From the NCBI GenBank assembly GCA_005222975.1, contig NJBI01000008.1:23168-87167 (forward strand): a stretch of DNA of 64,000 nt, read 5' to 3'. Shown here in pieces: positions 1-10,395 of the stretch. Source of the stretch: Promethearchaeota archaeon Loki_b31. GTDB taxonomy: Archaea; Asgardarchaeota; Lokiarchaeia; Sigyniarchaeales; SOKP01. The position numbers and the translations under genes are program-made. The notes under the pieces were generated by a model, which had not been told where the DNA came from, did not search any database, and saw nothing but the letters and a program-made list of their open reading frames with translations. The first letter of the stretch is position 1. Each line of letters begins with the position of its first letter.

Positions 1-2
1 CC

Positions 3-422
3 CTTTTAGAAAACAAAACTTACGTTATTAATTATCAATTCAGCGGTTCAATACCTAAACCGTTAGGTTTTCGGAATTTATTCTACATGGCGTATTATTT
101 AGAAACTGCAAGAGTTTGGAAAGGAAATCTAACGCAAAGAGTAGAGTTTAAATTATTTGGTAAGCTTCCTATATATTGTACAGTAGCGAGGTATGGGGAG
201 TACGATGGGGATTGGCAAATCTCAGATATTCAAGGAGGGCAAAGTGTTATATTAGAATGGAATAAAGGAAAAGTTGACATGGTGTATGTAGGAATTAGCT
301 ATTACGGATCTACATCCGATGATGTCTTTGGAATCGTTGCTATAGTCGTTCTTAATGGCTTGGCGTATATAGCAATAATAAGCGGTGTAGTAATATGGAT
401 AAAAAGAAAGAAAAGGAACTAA
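3..422 (+). CDS. C-terminal part of a membrane-anchored protein (weakly DUF4424-like); gene starts before the window
   Basis: Frame is open from base 3 upstream of the listed ATG (LLENKTYVINYQFSG...); YYLETARVWKG motif; C-terminal TM helix followed by KRKKRN. Confidence 0.6.
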   Translation, partial: LLENKTYVINYQFSGSIPKPLGFRNLFYMAYYLETARVWKGNLTQRVEFKLFGKLPIYCTVARYGEYDGDWQISDIQGGQSVILEWNKGKVDMVYVGISYYGSTSDDVFGIVAIVVLNGLAYIAIISGVVIWIKRKKRN

Positions 423-560
423 TTACTTATCTCTAAAGCTCATTATTTTTATTATTTTTGAGTTTAGCAAAAATTTAGGTTTTAAAAAACAATATTAACT
501 AATCAAACTTTTTTTGATATTAATCAATACTATTATTATATCCATTAAAAGTGGTTTTAA

Positions 561-1778
561 ATGTTTGATTATAAATCGTATAAAGATGTTGATTTAAAAG
601 GAAAAAAAGTTTTGATGAGAGTCGATATCAACTCTAATATCGACATTGAAAACAATAGAATTCGCGAATCACCTCGTATTCATGCTTTAATTCCGTCATT
701 AGAAGAATTAAAAGATAGTGCTGTAGTAATTATGGCACATCAATCTCGCCCAGGAGCTAAAGATTTTACTTCTTTGGAAATGCATGCCGAAGAAATACGA
801 AAACTATTAGATCGTCCTGTAATATATGTAGAAGATGTTTTTGGAGAAAAGGCAATACATGCAATAAAAGATCTCAAAACAGGGGAAGTTTTAGTTCTTA
901 ATAATGTGCGAACCTGGGAACTTGAAACTAAACAATTTAAAGATTTCTCCGAAGCTGAAGAATTAGAAATGATTCAAACTCTTGCGCCATTATTCGATTA
1001 TTTCATCGCAGATGCGTTTGGTGCGGCCCATAGAGCACAACCTTCGATAATTGGATGGCCTACCTTACTTGCAGGTCCTACGACAGTTAAAGAATTTAAA
1101 TACATGAGTAAAATAATAGAAAGCCCAGAAAAACCTATGGTCATGCTTATTGGAGGAGCGAAAGCAATAGATAAATTTAAAGCTATGAAATTTAATTTTG
1201 AAAACGATAAACTTGATTACGCACTTTGCTCCGGTTTAACGGCAATCTTAATTATGGAAGCTATAGGAATCGAAACTGGGGAACCTAATAAGGCGGCAAT
1301 AGCAAAAGATTTAGACAAAGCAAAAGAGGACATCAAGGACACATACGAAAAATTCAAAGATAAGATAATTTTACCAAAAGACTTGGTAATTGACGATAAT
1401 GGCAACAGAAAAGCAATTAATATCGACGAATTAAAGAAATATAATGCCGTAACTGGTGATATTGGACCTAAAACTACGGAAGAATTCAAAAGTATAATCA
1501 TTAAAGCTAAAACTATCATCGCTAACGGCCCACCAGGAATATTTGAAAAAGAAGTGTTTAGAAAAGGAACTTTTGATATGGTTGAAGCAATGGCTGAAGC
1601 TGCTAAAACAGGGGGAGCACTTGCCGTAATTGGAGGCGGCGAAATGGGAACTGCAGCAGAAATGTCTGGATATGCAAAAGATGTTTCATTTATTTCTACT
1701 GGTGGAGGCGCATTGTTAGAAATATTATCTGGAAAGGATGTACCAATGGTAAGAGCTCTAAGAGAAAAAAAACCATAA
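561..1778 (+). CDS. pgk: Phosphoglycerate kinase
   Basis: KVLMRVDINS, AHQSRP, DAFGAAHR, NGPPGIFE and ISTGGGA motifs. Confidence 0.97.
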   Translation: MFDYKSYKDVDLKGKKVLMRVDINSNIDIENNRIRESPRIHALIPSLEELKDSAVVIMAHQSRPGAKDFTSLEMHAEEIRKLLDRPVIYVEDVFGEKAIHAIKDLKTGEVLVLNNVRTWELETKQFKDFSEAEELEMIQTLAPLFDYFIADAFGAAHRAQPSIIGWPTLLAGPTTVKEFKYMSKIIESPEKPMVMLIGGAKAIDKFKAMKFNFENDKLDYALCSGLTAILIMEAIGIETGEPNKAAIAKDLDKAKEDIKDTYEKFKDKIILPKDLVIDDNGNRKAINIDELKKYNAVTGDIGPKTTEEFKSIIIKAKTIIANGPPGIFEKEVFRKGTFDMVEAMAEAAKTGGALAVIGGGEMGTAAEMSGYAKDVSFISTGGGALLEILSGKDVPMVRALREKKP

Positions 1779-1851
1779 AATAATACTTTATTTAATTTTT
1801 TTTACTATTTTATTACCTAAAAAAGTAAATCATCTCTAATATTAAATTAAG

Positions 1852-2487
1852 ATGAAAAATCTAGAATATTTTATTTGGGATTTTGACGGAACTTTATTTA
1901 ATACATATCCTGCCATTGCCTTAACAATAGTAAATCTGATAAAAAAAATTTATAATAAAGATTTAAATTTTAACAATGTCAAAGAATTGTGTCAAGATAG
2001 TCTTTATTCTTGTTTTAATCAAATATCAAGAGAGTTAAATATTAATAGAGAAAAACTTCAACAAGAATTTGCTCGTGAATATTCAAATACTAAAGAAAGT
2101 GAAGAACCACCTTTTTCTGGTGCGATAGAAATTCTTAAATTTATTAGAAATAAAGGAGGAAAAAATTTTATTGTTACTCATCGAGGAAAAAAAAAATTAT
2201 ATAAACTTTTAAAATATTACAAAATAAGGCATCTTTTTGAAGATATCATAACACATGAACATGGGTATCCCAAAAAACCGAACCCTACATCATTTCTTTA
2301 TCTGATTGAGAAATATAAAATTCCTAGAGAAAATATACTCTCGATTGGTGATCGAGATATTGATATTCAGGCTGCTAGAAAAATTAATATAAATTCTTGC
2401 TATTTTAATCCTAATGGAAAAATTAATCATTTAGCCGATTTAAACATAAGAAGTTTTTTTGAGTTAAAAAAGAAACTCAATCCATAA
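1852..2487 (+). CDS. HAD-superfamily hydrolase (phosphatase)
   Basis: WDFDGTL, KKPNP and GDRDID HAD motifs. Confidence 0.9.
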   Translation: MKNLEYFIWDFDGTLFNTYPAIALTIVNLIKKIYNKDLNFNNVKELCQDSLYSCFNQISRELNINREKLQQEFAREYSNTKESEEPPFSGAIEILKFIRNKGGKNFIVTHRGKKKLYKLLKYYKIRHLFEDIITHEHGYPKKPNPTSFLYLIEKYKIPRENILSIGDRDIDIQAARKININSCYFNPNGKINHLADLNIRSFFELKKKLNP

Positions 2488-2625
2488 TGGTTTCTTGAAT
2501 CTACAATTATTCATATAAATTTAAATATTACATAATTTCACAAGAAAACTAATAAAATATTTATTTTTTAATAATATAAAATACATATCTCTAAGTTTAG
2601 TATTTTTTATACTAAAATTAAACAC

Positions 2626-2700
2626 GGGCCAATGGTCTAGTGGTATGACATCTGCTTGACGTGCAGAAGGTCGGGAGTTCAATCCTCCCTTGGCCCACCA
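2626..2700 (+). tRNA. tRNA-Val(GAC), CCA encoded
   Basis: GGGCCAA...TTGGCCC acceptor stem; anticodon arm TCTGC-TTGACGT-GCAGA; GTTCAATC T-loop; ends ACCA. Confidence 0.97.
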
Positions 2701-2725
2701 AATTACAGAAAAGAATTAGATTAAA

Positions 2726-3205
2726 ATGCCATTAAAATTTCGCTGGTCATCTAAGGAATATATATCGGTTGCTTTTATGCTATTCGGTGCTTGTGGGCTT
2801 TTCCAGTTATTTTTTATATTTGTAGCTCAATACTTTTTAGGCGTAGGTAATCATCTTGTTGTAATCCTAATCCCTATTGGAGCAACAGTAGCCTTATTTT
2901 TTGGCGTGGTTATTATTTTTGAATCGTTTGCTCAAGTCGAAAGAAAGAAAAAATTAAAAACTCAATTTAGTAAATCGCGACAAAACATTTCGAAAATTCA
3001 AAAATTCTTGTATTTTCCAATTGTGAGACCTTTAATTATAACTTTCCCTATTTTTACTATTCTATTTTTTAGTACATATGGAGTATGTTATACTTTCTTA
3101 AACAATAGCATGTCATTTTTAATTGCGGAGAATTTAGCCACATTAATTTCCTTACTAATAGCTAATTATATTGAGAAAAAATACGCAAGAATCCAAAGAT
3201 ATTAA
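2726..3205 (+). CDS. Hypothetical membrane protein (about 4 TM)
   Basis: Four hydrophobic segments in a 159-aa ORF. Confidence 0.7.
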   Translation: MPLKFRWSSKEYISVAFMLFGACGLFQLFFIFVAQYFLGVGNHLVVILIPIGATVALFFGVVIIFESFAQVERKKKLKTQFSKSRQNISKIQKFLYFPIVRPLIITFPIFTILFFSTYGVCYTFLNNSMSFLIAENLATLISLLIANYIEKKYARIQRY

Positions 3206-3360
3206 ATAAATTTGAGAGATTAAAAAAAACTGTATATAAATCAACAATTTTAATTTTCTAACTCAGTTAAAATTTAAATATTAAAGTAATTAAAAATTAA
3301 TTACAGTTCATATTTAATAGGAACTTTTAAATTATATTACGATTATTAAGATTTTTGAAT

Positions 3361-4206
3361 ATGAAGAAAATAGAAGTTCGTTGCCCCTCATGTGCCGGTA
3401 GAGGCTTTATTGAAGTTTCTGAAGAAAAGGTAGGAAAAGTTGAAAGAGGGGTGTTTGCAGTAAATGTGTCGGAAGGAATTATTTGTGAGCATTCTTTCGT
3501 TGCTTATATAGATAAGAACTTCATGGTGAGAGACACATTCATAACAGATTTCCAATTAGAAGTTCCTGATATAATTCCTAAAAAAAGTATAGAACCTAAG
3601 GCCTCCGCTCAACTTGATTCAATTAATGTAAGTTTAATCAAACTTAATTTGTCTGCTTCTTTAATCGCTTACATAATTAGGGCTATTTTACATAAGAGAA
3701 AGATCGTTTTAATTTTTGACCAGCTATTTATGTTTGATGATGTTCGAAGGTTTTTTGACTATATAACAAGAAATTCTTTTGAAACTGAGCTTGTTGTCAT
3801 TTCAGAAGATCAATATAATAGCGAAAGTTATAACGATTATATTGTCTTTAACCGTAAGGATGTTATAAAGGACGATGATGGTATTATTGATGTAAAAAAA
3901 TTAGGCGTAGAAAGAGCCTTGGTTCAGAAATTTTTTGAGGAATATGAGCCAATACCCAGTTTAATATATCTACAAAATGGACTTCAAAAAGCTTACGAAT
4001 TATCTGAAACGATAGCAGACATAGTTAAAGGTTTAAAAAAGAAAGAGCAGGTTTATTCGAAAAAAATAATTAAAGATTTATCTAAAATTCACAATGTAAA
4101 AATCCAATTAACATATCTCAATTTTCTTTTTAAAATCGTTGAGAATTATTTCAAGATTGAGGTTCCTAAATCTTCAAAGGTTTCAAATTTTCTTGGAACT
4201 TTGTAA
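3361..4206 (+). CDS. Zn-ribbon-containing hypothetical protein with possible DENN-like core
   Basis: N-terminal CPSC...ICEH; segment LSASLIAYIIRAILHKRKIVLI; ATG at 3361 preferred to TTG at 3355. Confidence 0.65.
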   Translation: MKKIEVRCPSCAGRGFIEVSEEKVGKVERGVFAVNVSEGIICEHSFVAYIDKNFMVRDTFITDFQLEVPDIIPKKSIEPKASAQLDSINVSLIKLNLSASLIAYIIRAILHKRKIVLIFDQLFMFDDVRRFFDYITRNSFETELVVISEDQYNSESYNDYIVFNRKDVIKDDDGIIDVKKLGVERALVQKFFEEYEPIPSLIYLQNGLQKAYELSETIADIVKGLKKKEQVYSKKIIKDLSKIHNVKIQLTYLNFLFKIVENYFKIEVPKSSKVSNFLGTL

Positions 4207-4289
4207 GGAAGCTTTTTTCTATTTTTAGAATTCAAGTGATACAGATCGTGAAACAATCCTTTCACGAAGTTTTGTAAAATCGTAAAAGT

Positions 4290-5081
4290 CTATTTATTTG
4301 GTTTCCGACAGCGTATAATCAAAAAATAGGGTATAATTGTGCTATCATGCTCCCCTGGAAAATTTTTTAAAATTTCATCATCGGGATAAGGTTCGCAAAA
4401 TTCCTCTAAAACTAAACCTTTTGCTATCAATAAATTAAGCCATTCTGATAGTATCATATTAAATCGGGGAATTCTAAATTTCCTCATTTTATCGGTCATA
4501 TCTTTTGGAGCCGCTCCAAAGATCCATTCTTCAATCTCACCATTAAACTTTTTAAAATAGTCCCCTACAATTAATCCAATCCTTCTACCTTCTTCATCCT
4601 TAACCCATTCCCATTTAGGTGTTGCAAAACAAGGATGAGAAATTGAAAATTGGAAGAAACCACCGGGCTTTATAACTCTATAGGCTTCAGCTATTGCTAT
4701 TTCGGTTTCTGCGATATCCATCAAACTCATTGTAGCTACTGCAAAATCAAAATTGTTATCTGGATATGGAAGCTCTGTTGCACTTGCAACTTCATAAATA
4801 ATTCCTAATGGTTCTTGCTGTTCTTTTTCTTTTGCATATTTGATAAACACTTTAGAAATGTCAATTGCCGTTAATTTTGCTCCTTTTTTTGCAGAAATTC
4901 TAGTGTTGTATCCTTCTCCACTACCAATGTCTAACCCTTTTAAGTTTACAATATCGGGTAGTATTTTAAAAAAAGCTGGTGAATTAATTAAATCTCTGCA
5001 TCGATCATATCCCATTCTGGCGAGTCTTGTCCAATTTTCTGCATTTTCATCCCAGTATTTACTAACTTCTTTATCATCCAT
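4290..5081 (-). CDS. Class I SAM-dependent methyltransferase
   Basis: LDIGSGEG motif I; ASATELPYPDNNFD; RVIKPGG. Confidence 0.9.
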   Translation of the reverse strand: MDDKEVSKYWDENAENWTRLARMGYDRCRDLINSPAFFKILPDIVNLKGLDIGSGEGYNTRISAKKGAKLTAIDISKVFIKYAKEKEQQEPLGIIYEVASATELPYPDNNFDFAVATMSLMDIAETEIAIAEAYRVIKPGGFFQFSISHPCFATPKWEWVKDEEGRRIGLIVGDYFKKFNGEIEEWIFGAAPKDMTDKMRKFRIPRFNMILSEWLNLLIAKGLVLEEFCEPYPDDEILKNFPGEHDSTIIPYFLIIRCRKPNK

Positions 5082-5161
5082 CTGAAATTACCTCATCTTC
5101 TCATACATCTTATTAGGTAATCATTTTAGTTTAAAAAAGATATAAGAAATATTGAAAAAAA

Positions 5162-5293
5162 TGCGCCGCCCGGGAATCGAACCCGGGTCACCAAGTTGGC
5201 AACCTGTTTTACCCATATTGCTTTGCAACATTGGTGTATACTGACCAATCTACATTCTATTAAGATATTTAATAGAATCTATACTAGCAGCGC
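5162..5293 (-). tRNA. tRNA-Gly(GCC) with two non-canonical introns (~29 nt in the D-loop, ~27 nt in the 5' anticodon stem)
   Basis: Reverse complement: GCGCTGC TA GTAT AG[intron]ATTGGTCAGT ATAC A C[intron]CAGG TTGCCAA CTTGG TGAC CCGGG TTCGATT CCCGG GCGGCGC A; removing both inserts gives a 76-nt cloverleaf. Confidence 0.9.
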
Positions 5294-5387
5294 TTTTTAG
5301 TATAAGTCGTTTAACGATATAAAAAATATATTAAGAAATTAAAATTTATTGCTTTAATAGGAGTTAATATAAAGAAGGTAATAAGGT

Positions 5388-6251
5388 TTAATTTCTTAAT
5401 TCAAAATTCACTTCTACATTAGATGTAATACCCAATTTACTTGCTTTTTTCCTTATATATTTTATTCTGTGTTCTTTTAGCCAATCTGAAATTATGAAAG
5501 CTGGAATTATAGGAATAACTATAACCAATGGAAACGGGACAAACACAATTAATAGCATAATGAATAACGTTAAAGAAAGGTCATTTGCAAGTTGAGGTAT
5601 AAATAAATTCATAAAATCAATATAGGAAAGTATTACTGATACTCCAGCGTAACCTTTTAAAAACTGTCCGTACCATCTTCCAACAGATCTGATTTCAGCA
5701 GGTTTATTTGAATCTTCTGCTCTTTTTAAGTTAGAATATAATATACCGGAATCCTTTAGAAACCACGTACTTGAAAATACCAAACTCGCTATACCAATTG
5801 TTAGCATTAATAAAGCTAAAAACGTGGTTAGGTCATCAAGAAAACTATCTGGATCTGATCCAACTGATAGTGAGATAACCCAACGTGTAGTTAAAAGCAA
5901 GGACAAGTTGATTGCCATTAGTGCTGAAAATATTCCTTCAGAAAAAAATTTAAATCCTTTAAAATCCTTGTTATATATCCCATATTCCACTTTAGATCCA
6001 AATATTCTTTTATGAGTAAAAAGAAGGATCGGAGCAAAAACATATCCTCCTATTAATACCCCTAAAATTGATGATAAAGGTAAAATCACTATAAAAATCA
6101 ACCCAATTTCAATTCCAATATCTGATATTGGGATAAAATAAGTTAAGTTTAAGCTAGGAAGGAATTTTGATAATGCAATAGATAAAATTATAATAAAAAT
6201 GCAATAGAAGATATAAATGATTATAGGTTTTGAATACTTAGATTTTAACAT
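5388..6251 (-). CDS. Hypothetical multi-pass membrane protein
   Basis: About 6 hydrophobic helices; WFLKDSGILY and GRWY..FLKGYAG segments. Confidence 0.75.
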   Translation of the reverse strand: MLKSKYSKPIIIYIFYCIFIIILSIALSKFLPSLNLTYFIPISDIGIEIGLIFIVILPLSSILGVLIGGYVFAPILLFTHKRIFGSKVEYGIYNKDFKGFKFFSEGIFSALMAINLSLLLTTRWVISLSVGSDPDSFLDDLTTFLALLMLTIGIASLVFSSTWFLKDSGILYSNLKRAEDSNKPAEIRSVGRWYGQFLKGYAGVSVILSYIDFMNLFIPQLANDLSLTLFIMLLIVFVPFPLVIVIPIIPAFIISDWLKEHRIKYIRKKASKLGITSNVEVNFELRN

Positions 6252-6284
6252 TTCAAATCAAAAATTTTTATGAAATTTATTCAA

Positions 6285-7301
6285 TTAAACAATCTTTGAA
6301 ACTTTTTGTTTTATCTCATTATTATCGATAAAGACTTCTAATTCACTTAAGCTATTAGGTAAGCCCTCTCGAACCCCAGTCTCTTTGCTTTCTAAGTAAG
6401 ACATTGCTGTTGCCATCTTAGAAGATTTCTCTAGACTAAACTCGTTTAGTTGGGATATTAGAAGCCCGCTTAGAAAAGCATCTCCTGCTCCTGTGGTGTC
6501 TTCTACCGGCCCCTCATAAATTGAACTGTTCACAATGTGTTTACCATCAGATATAATTGAGCCATTGGGACCATCGGTAATTGAAATTAATTTTATTCCA
6601 AGATCTAAAAAAGTATGAATCATATGAACTATATCTGTCTCGCTTGTAAACTCTTGAGCCTCTTCTTTATTTAATGAAACTACATTTGAGTTTGAAATAA
6701 GAATTTTTGCCCATTTTGGGTTGTTTTTTATAATTGACATGCTGGGTGCGGCAAATACTTTACCACCGTTTTCTAAAGTGAGCGTCAGTGCTTTCTCAAT
6801 TGCTCTACAACCATTTTCGGTAGTTAACGATGTCCAAGCAAACGCTTTAATATTTTGAAACAAATCGGCTTTCACATCCTCAGGTTTTAACATGTTATTT
6901 GCGCCTTTATACGCAAGAATACTTCTGTCTTTTCCCCACTCAGTTTTTAAAATTACTGAGAACGCCGTACAATCATCATCAGTTTGAATGACACTTGAAA
7001 GATCTACTCCTCTTTTTTTCATATCTTCTAGACAAATACTTGCCGAAAAGTCGTTCCCTAATACTCCAAGATAAGCGCTTTTTAACCCCAACATCGCACA
7101 ATTTGACGCAATATTGGCAGCAGAACCTCCAGGGACAAATAGAACGCCATCGACATTCAGTTTGCGACTGTATTCAATTGCAGTGTATTTTTTAACAATT
7201 TCTTTATCAAACAATTCAAATCTAAGGATATCCTTAACTTGTAGCATACAATCAAGAGTACAACTACCAATCGTTATTAATTCTGGATTCATTTTTAACA
7301 C
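6285..7301 (-). CDS. PfkB/ribokinase-family carbohydrate kinase
   Basis: PGGSAANIA and DTTGAGDAF signatures. Confidence 0.93.
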   Translation of the reverse strand: MLKMNPELITIGSCTLDCMLQVKDILRFELFDKEIVKKYTAIEYSRKLNVDGVLFVPGGSAANIASNCAMLGLKSAYLGVLGNDFSASICLEDMKKRGVDLSSVIQTDDDCTAFSVILKTEWGKDRSILAYKGANNMLKPEDVKADLFQNIKAFAWTSLTTENGCRAIEKALTLTLENGGKVFAAPSMSIIKNNPKWAKILISNSNVVSLNKEEAQEFTSETDIVHMIHTFLDLGIKLISITDGPNGSIISDGKHIVNSSIYEGPVEDTTGAGDAFLSGLLISQLNEFSLEKSSKMATAMSYLESKETGVREGLPNSLSELEVFIDNNEIKQKVSKIV

Positions 7302-7394
7302 TTTTAAATATTGAATTAGAGAATAAATTAAAAATAGAGTTTAAGCTTAAATAATTTTGCTTGGTAGTCAAAAAGGGAAACTTAAAAAAAAAAT

Positions 7395-8021
7395 CTAATC
7401 TCGCGACTTCAATTTGTTTAATTCTTCTTCTAATTCTTTTACCTTTCCATCGGGATCAACCGAAGGTAATGCTCCACCTACTTCAACTTGTATCTCCGCA
7501 TCGATTTCGCCTAATATCTCCATAACTTGTTTATCAGTAACTGCTGTATCGAGAGTCATGTCGTCTATTCCATCAGATGTTATCTCTTCAACAACAGAAA
7601 AATCTTCCATGTCAATACCAATTGTGGTCATCAAGTCTGTAAGCTGAGGAACCGATAACTGATTTTTTAATGCACCTAAGCTATTGGCAATACCTTGCAT
7701 GATAACGGAAATATCTTTAACAGCGTTAGCCTGTTCCAACTTAAATACCATTCCTTCTAAGTTAGTTCTGAAATGGTCAATCGCTCTAGCTTGTTTTTTA
7801 ACTTGAAGATAATTTCGCGCGTGAAATTCTGAACCTTCCATATCACCCGCTTTTCGAAGTCTTACGGCTTTATCTCTCGCTTGTTTAGCCGTCATTTCCA
7901 TTTTTCTAGTTTGTCTCGCCAATCTTTTGTTAAAAACCTTTAATTTGACGGTTGCTGAACGAACAGAATCGCTTTTTTGGCCACCTGAGAGCCATTTTGA
8001 CATATCCTTGAGAAAACCCAT
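7395..8021 (-). CDS. ESCRT-III subunit, Vps2/24/46-like (Snf7 family)
   Basis: Basic N-terminal helical hairpin, acidic C-terminal half, MIM1-like tail KELEEELNKLK; divergent from vps4. Confidence 0.9.
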   Translation of the reverse strand: MGFLKDMSKWLSGGQKSDSVRSATVKLKVFNKRLARQTRKMEMTAKQARDKAVRLRKAGDMEGSEFHARNYLQVKKQARAIDHFRTNLEGMVFKLEQANAVKDISVIMQGIANSLGALKNQLSVPQLTDLMTTIGIDMEDFSVVEEITSDGIDDMTLDTAVTDKQVMEILGEIDAEIQVEVGGALPSVDPDGKVKELEEELNKLKSRD

Positions 8022-8248
8022 ATCTTATATCATCAATTTTTTCGTTATTACTATATAATAATATTAAAAATTCAAGATTATATAATTTTTTGTTGTAGAC
8101 CAATGTTTACAATACAATTTTAAAGAGAAAATTTGATATATTTGGATGTATTAATAAATAAAATAAGTATCGAACTAGATTATCTATAAATATTAATAAT
8201 TTTTTAAGATAAACAAGATAAATAAATAATTTAAAAAGGTAATTATCA

Positions 8249-9466
8249 TTGAGTAGTGTCGATAGTAAACTTTATCAATACGCTGTTCAAGAAGCACAAG
8301 CTGCGGTTGCGTTAGACGAAAAGGGACATTATAGACAAGCGCTAAATAAATATCAAAGAGCCGCAGAAATTCTAATTCAATTCGTACAATATAATAAAAA
8401 CCCAATAATGGTTAGAAAATGTCACGACCAAATTGAACAGTATATTAATCGTGCTAACGTACTAAAAGCACATTTAAGTGGCCCTCGTGCTAGAAAAGGA
8501 AGGCCCTCTATGGGTACAAGTGAAGCCAAAGATAGCGAGGGAAAGGGAGAGGAAGGACAATATTCTGCTGAAGAACAAGAAATTATAGATTCGATTTCAG
8601 GTACAATATTAACAGAATCTCCTAATGTAAGGTGGAACGATATTGCGGGCTTAAAGTCGTCTAAACAAGCTTTAAGAGAAGCAATAGTCTTGCCAATTAT
8701 GAAACCCAAACTTTTTACGGGAGCAAGAAAACCATGGTCAGGCATTTTATTGTTTGGCCCACCTGGATGTGGAAAAACCCTTTTAGCGAGAGCTGCTGCT
8801 ACGGAATGTGCAGCAACATTTTTTAGCGTCTCGTCCGCAGATTTATTAAGCAAATGGTTAGGCGAAAGTGAGAAATTAATTAGCTCGCTTTTTAAAGTTG
8901 CTCGAATTAAAGCTCCAAGTTTAATTTTTATGGATGAAATTGACTCGGTGGCAACTAAGAGAGGCGAAGGGCACGAAGGTGGAGGCGAAAGACGGGTAAA
9001 AACGCAATTGTTAAGCGAAATTCAAGGCATTAAATCGGGTTCTAAAAAACCGTTATTAGTTTTAGGCGCTACTAATCGACCTTGGGACATTGACGCTGCT
9101 ATGCTTAGTAGATTTGAAAAGAAAGTGTATGTACCGCTTCCAGATCTAACAGCCAGAATTGGAATCTTTAAAATTCATACCGCAGGTATTAATATGGCGT
9201 TAACTGAAGAAGATTTTATCGAATTAGGAGTTAGATCTGAAAGATATTCTGGAAGAGATATTTCTAACGTGTGCCGCGAAGTTATTATGCTTCCAATTAG
9301 AGAATTAGATATGAGTGGACTTTTAGAAAACTCCGATCAAGAAATAATTGTAAGGGATATTAATTTAAAAGATTTTACTAAAACATTAAAAAAAGTTAAG
9401 CCAATGACAACTAACGCTGCTCTAAAGCGATACGAACAATGGGCAAAAGATTTTGGAGAATATTAA
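8249..9466 (+). CDS. vps4: Vps4 AAA+ ATPase with N-terminal MIT domain
   Basis: MIT helices (AVALDEKG.Y..AL..Y...YINRA); Walker A GPPGCGKT; SKWLGESEK pore loop; Walker B IFMDE; ATNRPWDID; YEQWAKDFG end. Confidence 0.95.
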   Translation: MSSVDSKLYQYAVQEAQAAVALDEKGHYRQALNKYQRAAEILIQFVQYNKNPIMVRKCHDQIEQYINRANVLKAHLSGPRARKGRPSMGTSEAKDSEGKGEEGQYSAEEQEIIDSISGTILTESPNVRWNDIAGLKSSKQALREAIVLPIMKPKLFTGARKPWSGILLFGPPGCGKTLLARAAATECAATFFSVSSADLLSKWLGESEKLISSLFKVARIKAPSLIFMDEIDSVATKRGEGHEGGGERRVKTQLLSEIQGIKSGSKKPLLVLGATNRPWDIDAAMLSRFEKKVYVPLPDLTARIGIFKIHTAGINMALTEEDFIELGVRSERYSGRDISNVCREVIMLPIRELDMSGLLENSDQEIIVRDINLKDFTKTLKKVKPMTTNAALKRYEQWAKDFGEY

Positions 9467-9478
9467 TAAAAATTTAAG

Positions 9479-10390
9479 TTGGAAAATATGGAGAGGCAAA
9501 AAGTAAAACCGAAAGAAGTTCCTAAAGAAGTTAAAGAAAAAGCAGATAAGGAACTTGAAGACTTAAGGAAAGAATTGGCTCGGTTAAAAGAACTAAGAAG
9601 CCAAAAAACGATAGAAAAACACGAATCGATACAAGAAGTGGGTACAGAAGAAATTGTTGAGGAAGAAACAATCGAAAAATTACCAAACGAAGAAATAGAG
9701 GCACGTTTAGATAAAATTGAAGACTTTCTCACCTCAAAGCTAGGAGAAATCGACCAAGAAACGTATAAACAGAATGCCGTTCAAATCGAGAAAGAGCTTC
9801 AAGAGATTGAGTTAGAAATAATAAGAGAGAAGGGTGTTGTTGCCAGAGAAATATCAACTTACGAGTTGTTATTGAACGATTACCCTTGGCTCGAAGAAAA
9901 AAGATATGTTTTCATGTTTTCTCTTCCTAATAAAAAAATAGACCTTAAGGATTACGAATCCTGGAAAAATGAGTGGTCCAAAGTTATTTTTGACTACGCT
10001 CGGTACGCTATTCTTCATATATTATATCTAAGAAAGTTAGAATCCGAGAAACCCTTTTCTAAATTTGATAATCGCAACTCAGCTTTAAAGGAAATCGCTG
10101 AAGAACTAGTAAATAAAGAACAAGCTGAATGGTTATCAAAAAGTAAAGAGAAATTAAGAGTTTATTGGAAAAGTTTGGATAATTGGGCCGAAGAAATCTA
10201 CGATTGGGCAATGGAAATTTCACCATTAGAACCAATATTAATATTTGAAATAAGAGAATCTAACAAAGAATTTAACACGCTTCCCCACAACGACATTCTA
10301 AAAATATTTAAAATATTGGAAAAGGATAAGAGAGGGAAGATTATAAAACTAGATGACGGTCAGCTTTCTTTTAAAATTAAAATAGAATAA
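9479..10390 (+). CDS. vps25: ESCRT-II Vps25-like protein with acidic coiled-coil N-terminal extension
   Basis: FMFSLP...WKNEWSKVI, AEW...VYWKSLDNWAEEIYDW and EFNTLP..IL..LEK..RG winged-helix pattern; directly after vps4. Confidence 0.8.
   Translation: MENMERQKVKPKEVPKEVKEKADKELEDLRKELARLKELRSQKTIEKHESIQEVGTEEIVEEETIEKLPNEEIEARLDKIEDFLTSKLGEIDQETYKQNAVQIEKELQEIELEIIREKGVVAREISTYELLLNDYPWLEEKRYVFMFSLPNKKIDLKDYESWKNEWSKVIFDYARYAILHILYLRKLESEKPFSKFDNRNSALKEIAEELVNKEQAEWLSKSKEKLRVYWKSLDNWAEEIYDWAMEISPLEPILIFEIRESNKEFNTLPHNDILKIFKILEKDKRGKIIKLDDGQLSFKIKIE
9742..9947 (+). repeat. Source copy (inside vps25) of a 206-bp exact direct repeat
   Basis: Identical base-for-base to 11986-12191. Confidence 0.95.
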
Positions 10391-10395
10391 AACGC

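Noticed and set aside
2626-5293. tRNA genes as the integration site of the island
   Set aside because: No duplicated tRNA 3' end seen near 26.5 kb or elsewhere in the window, and no integrase
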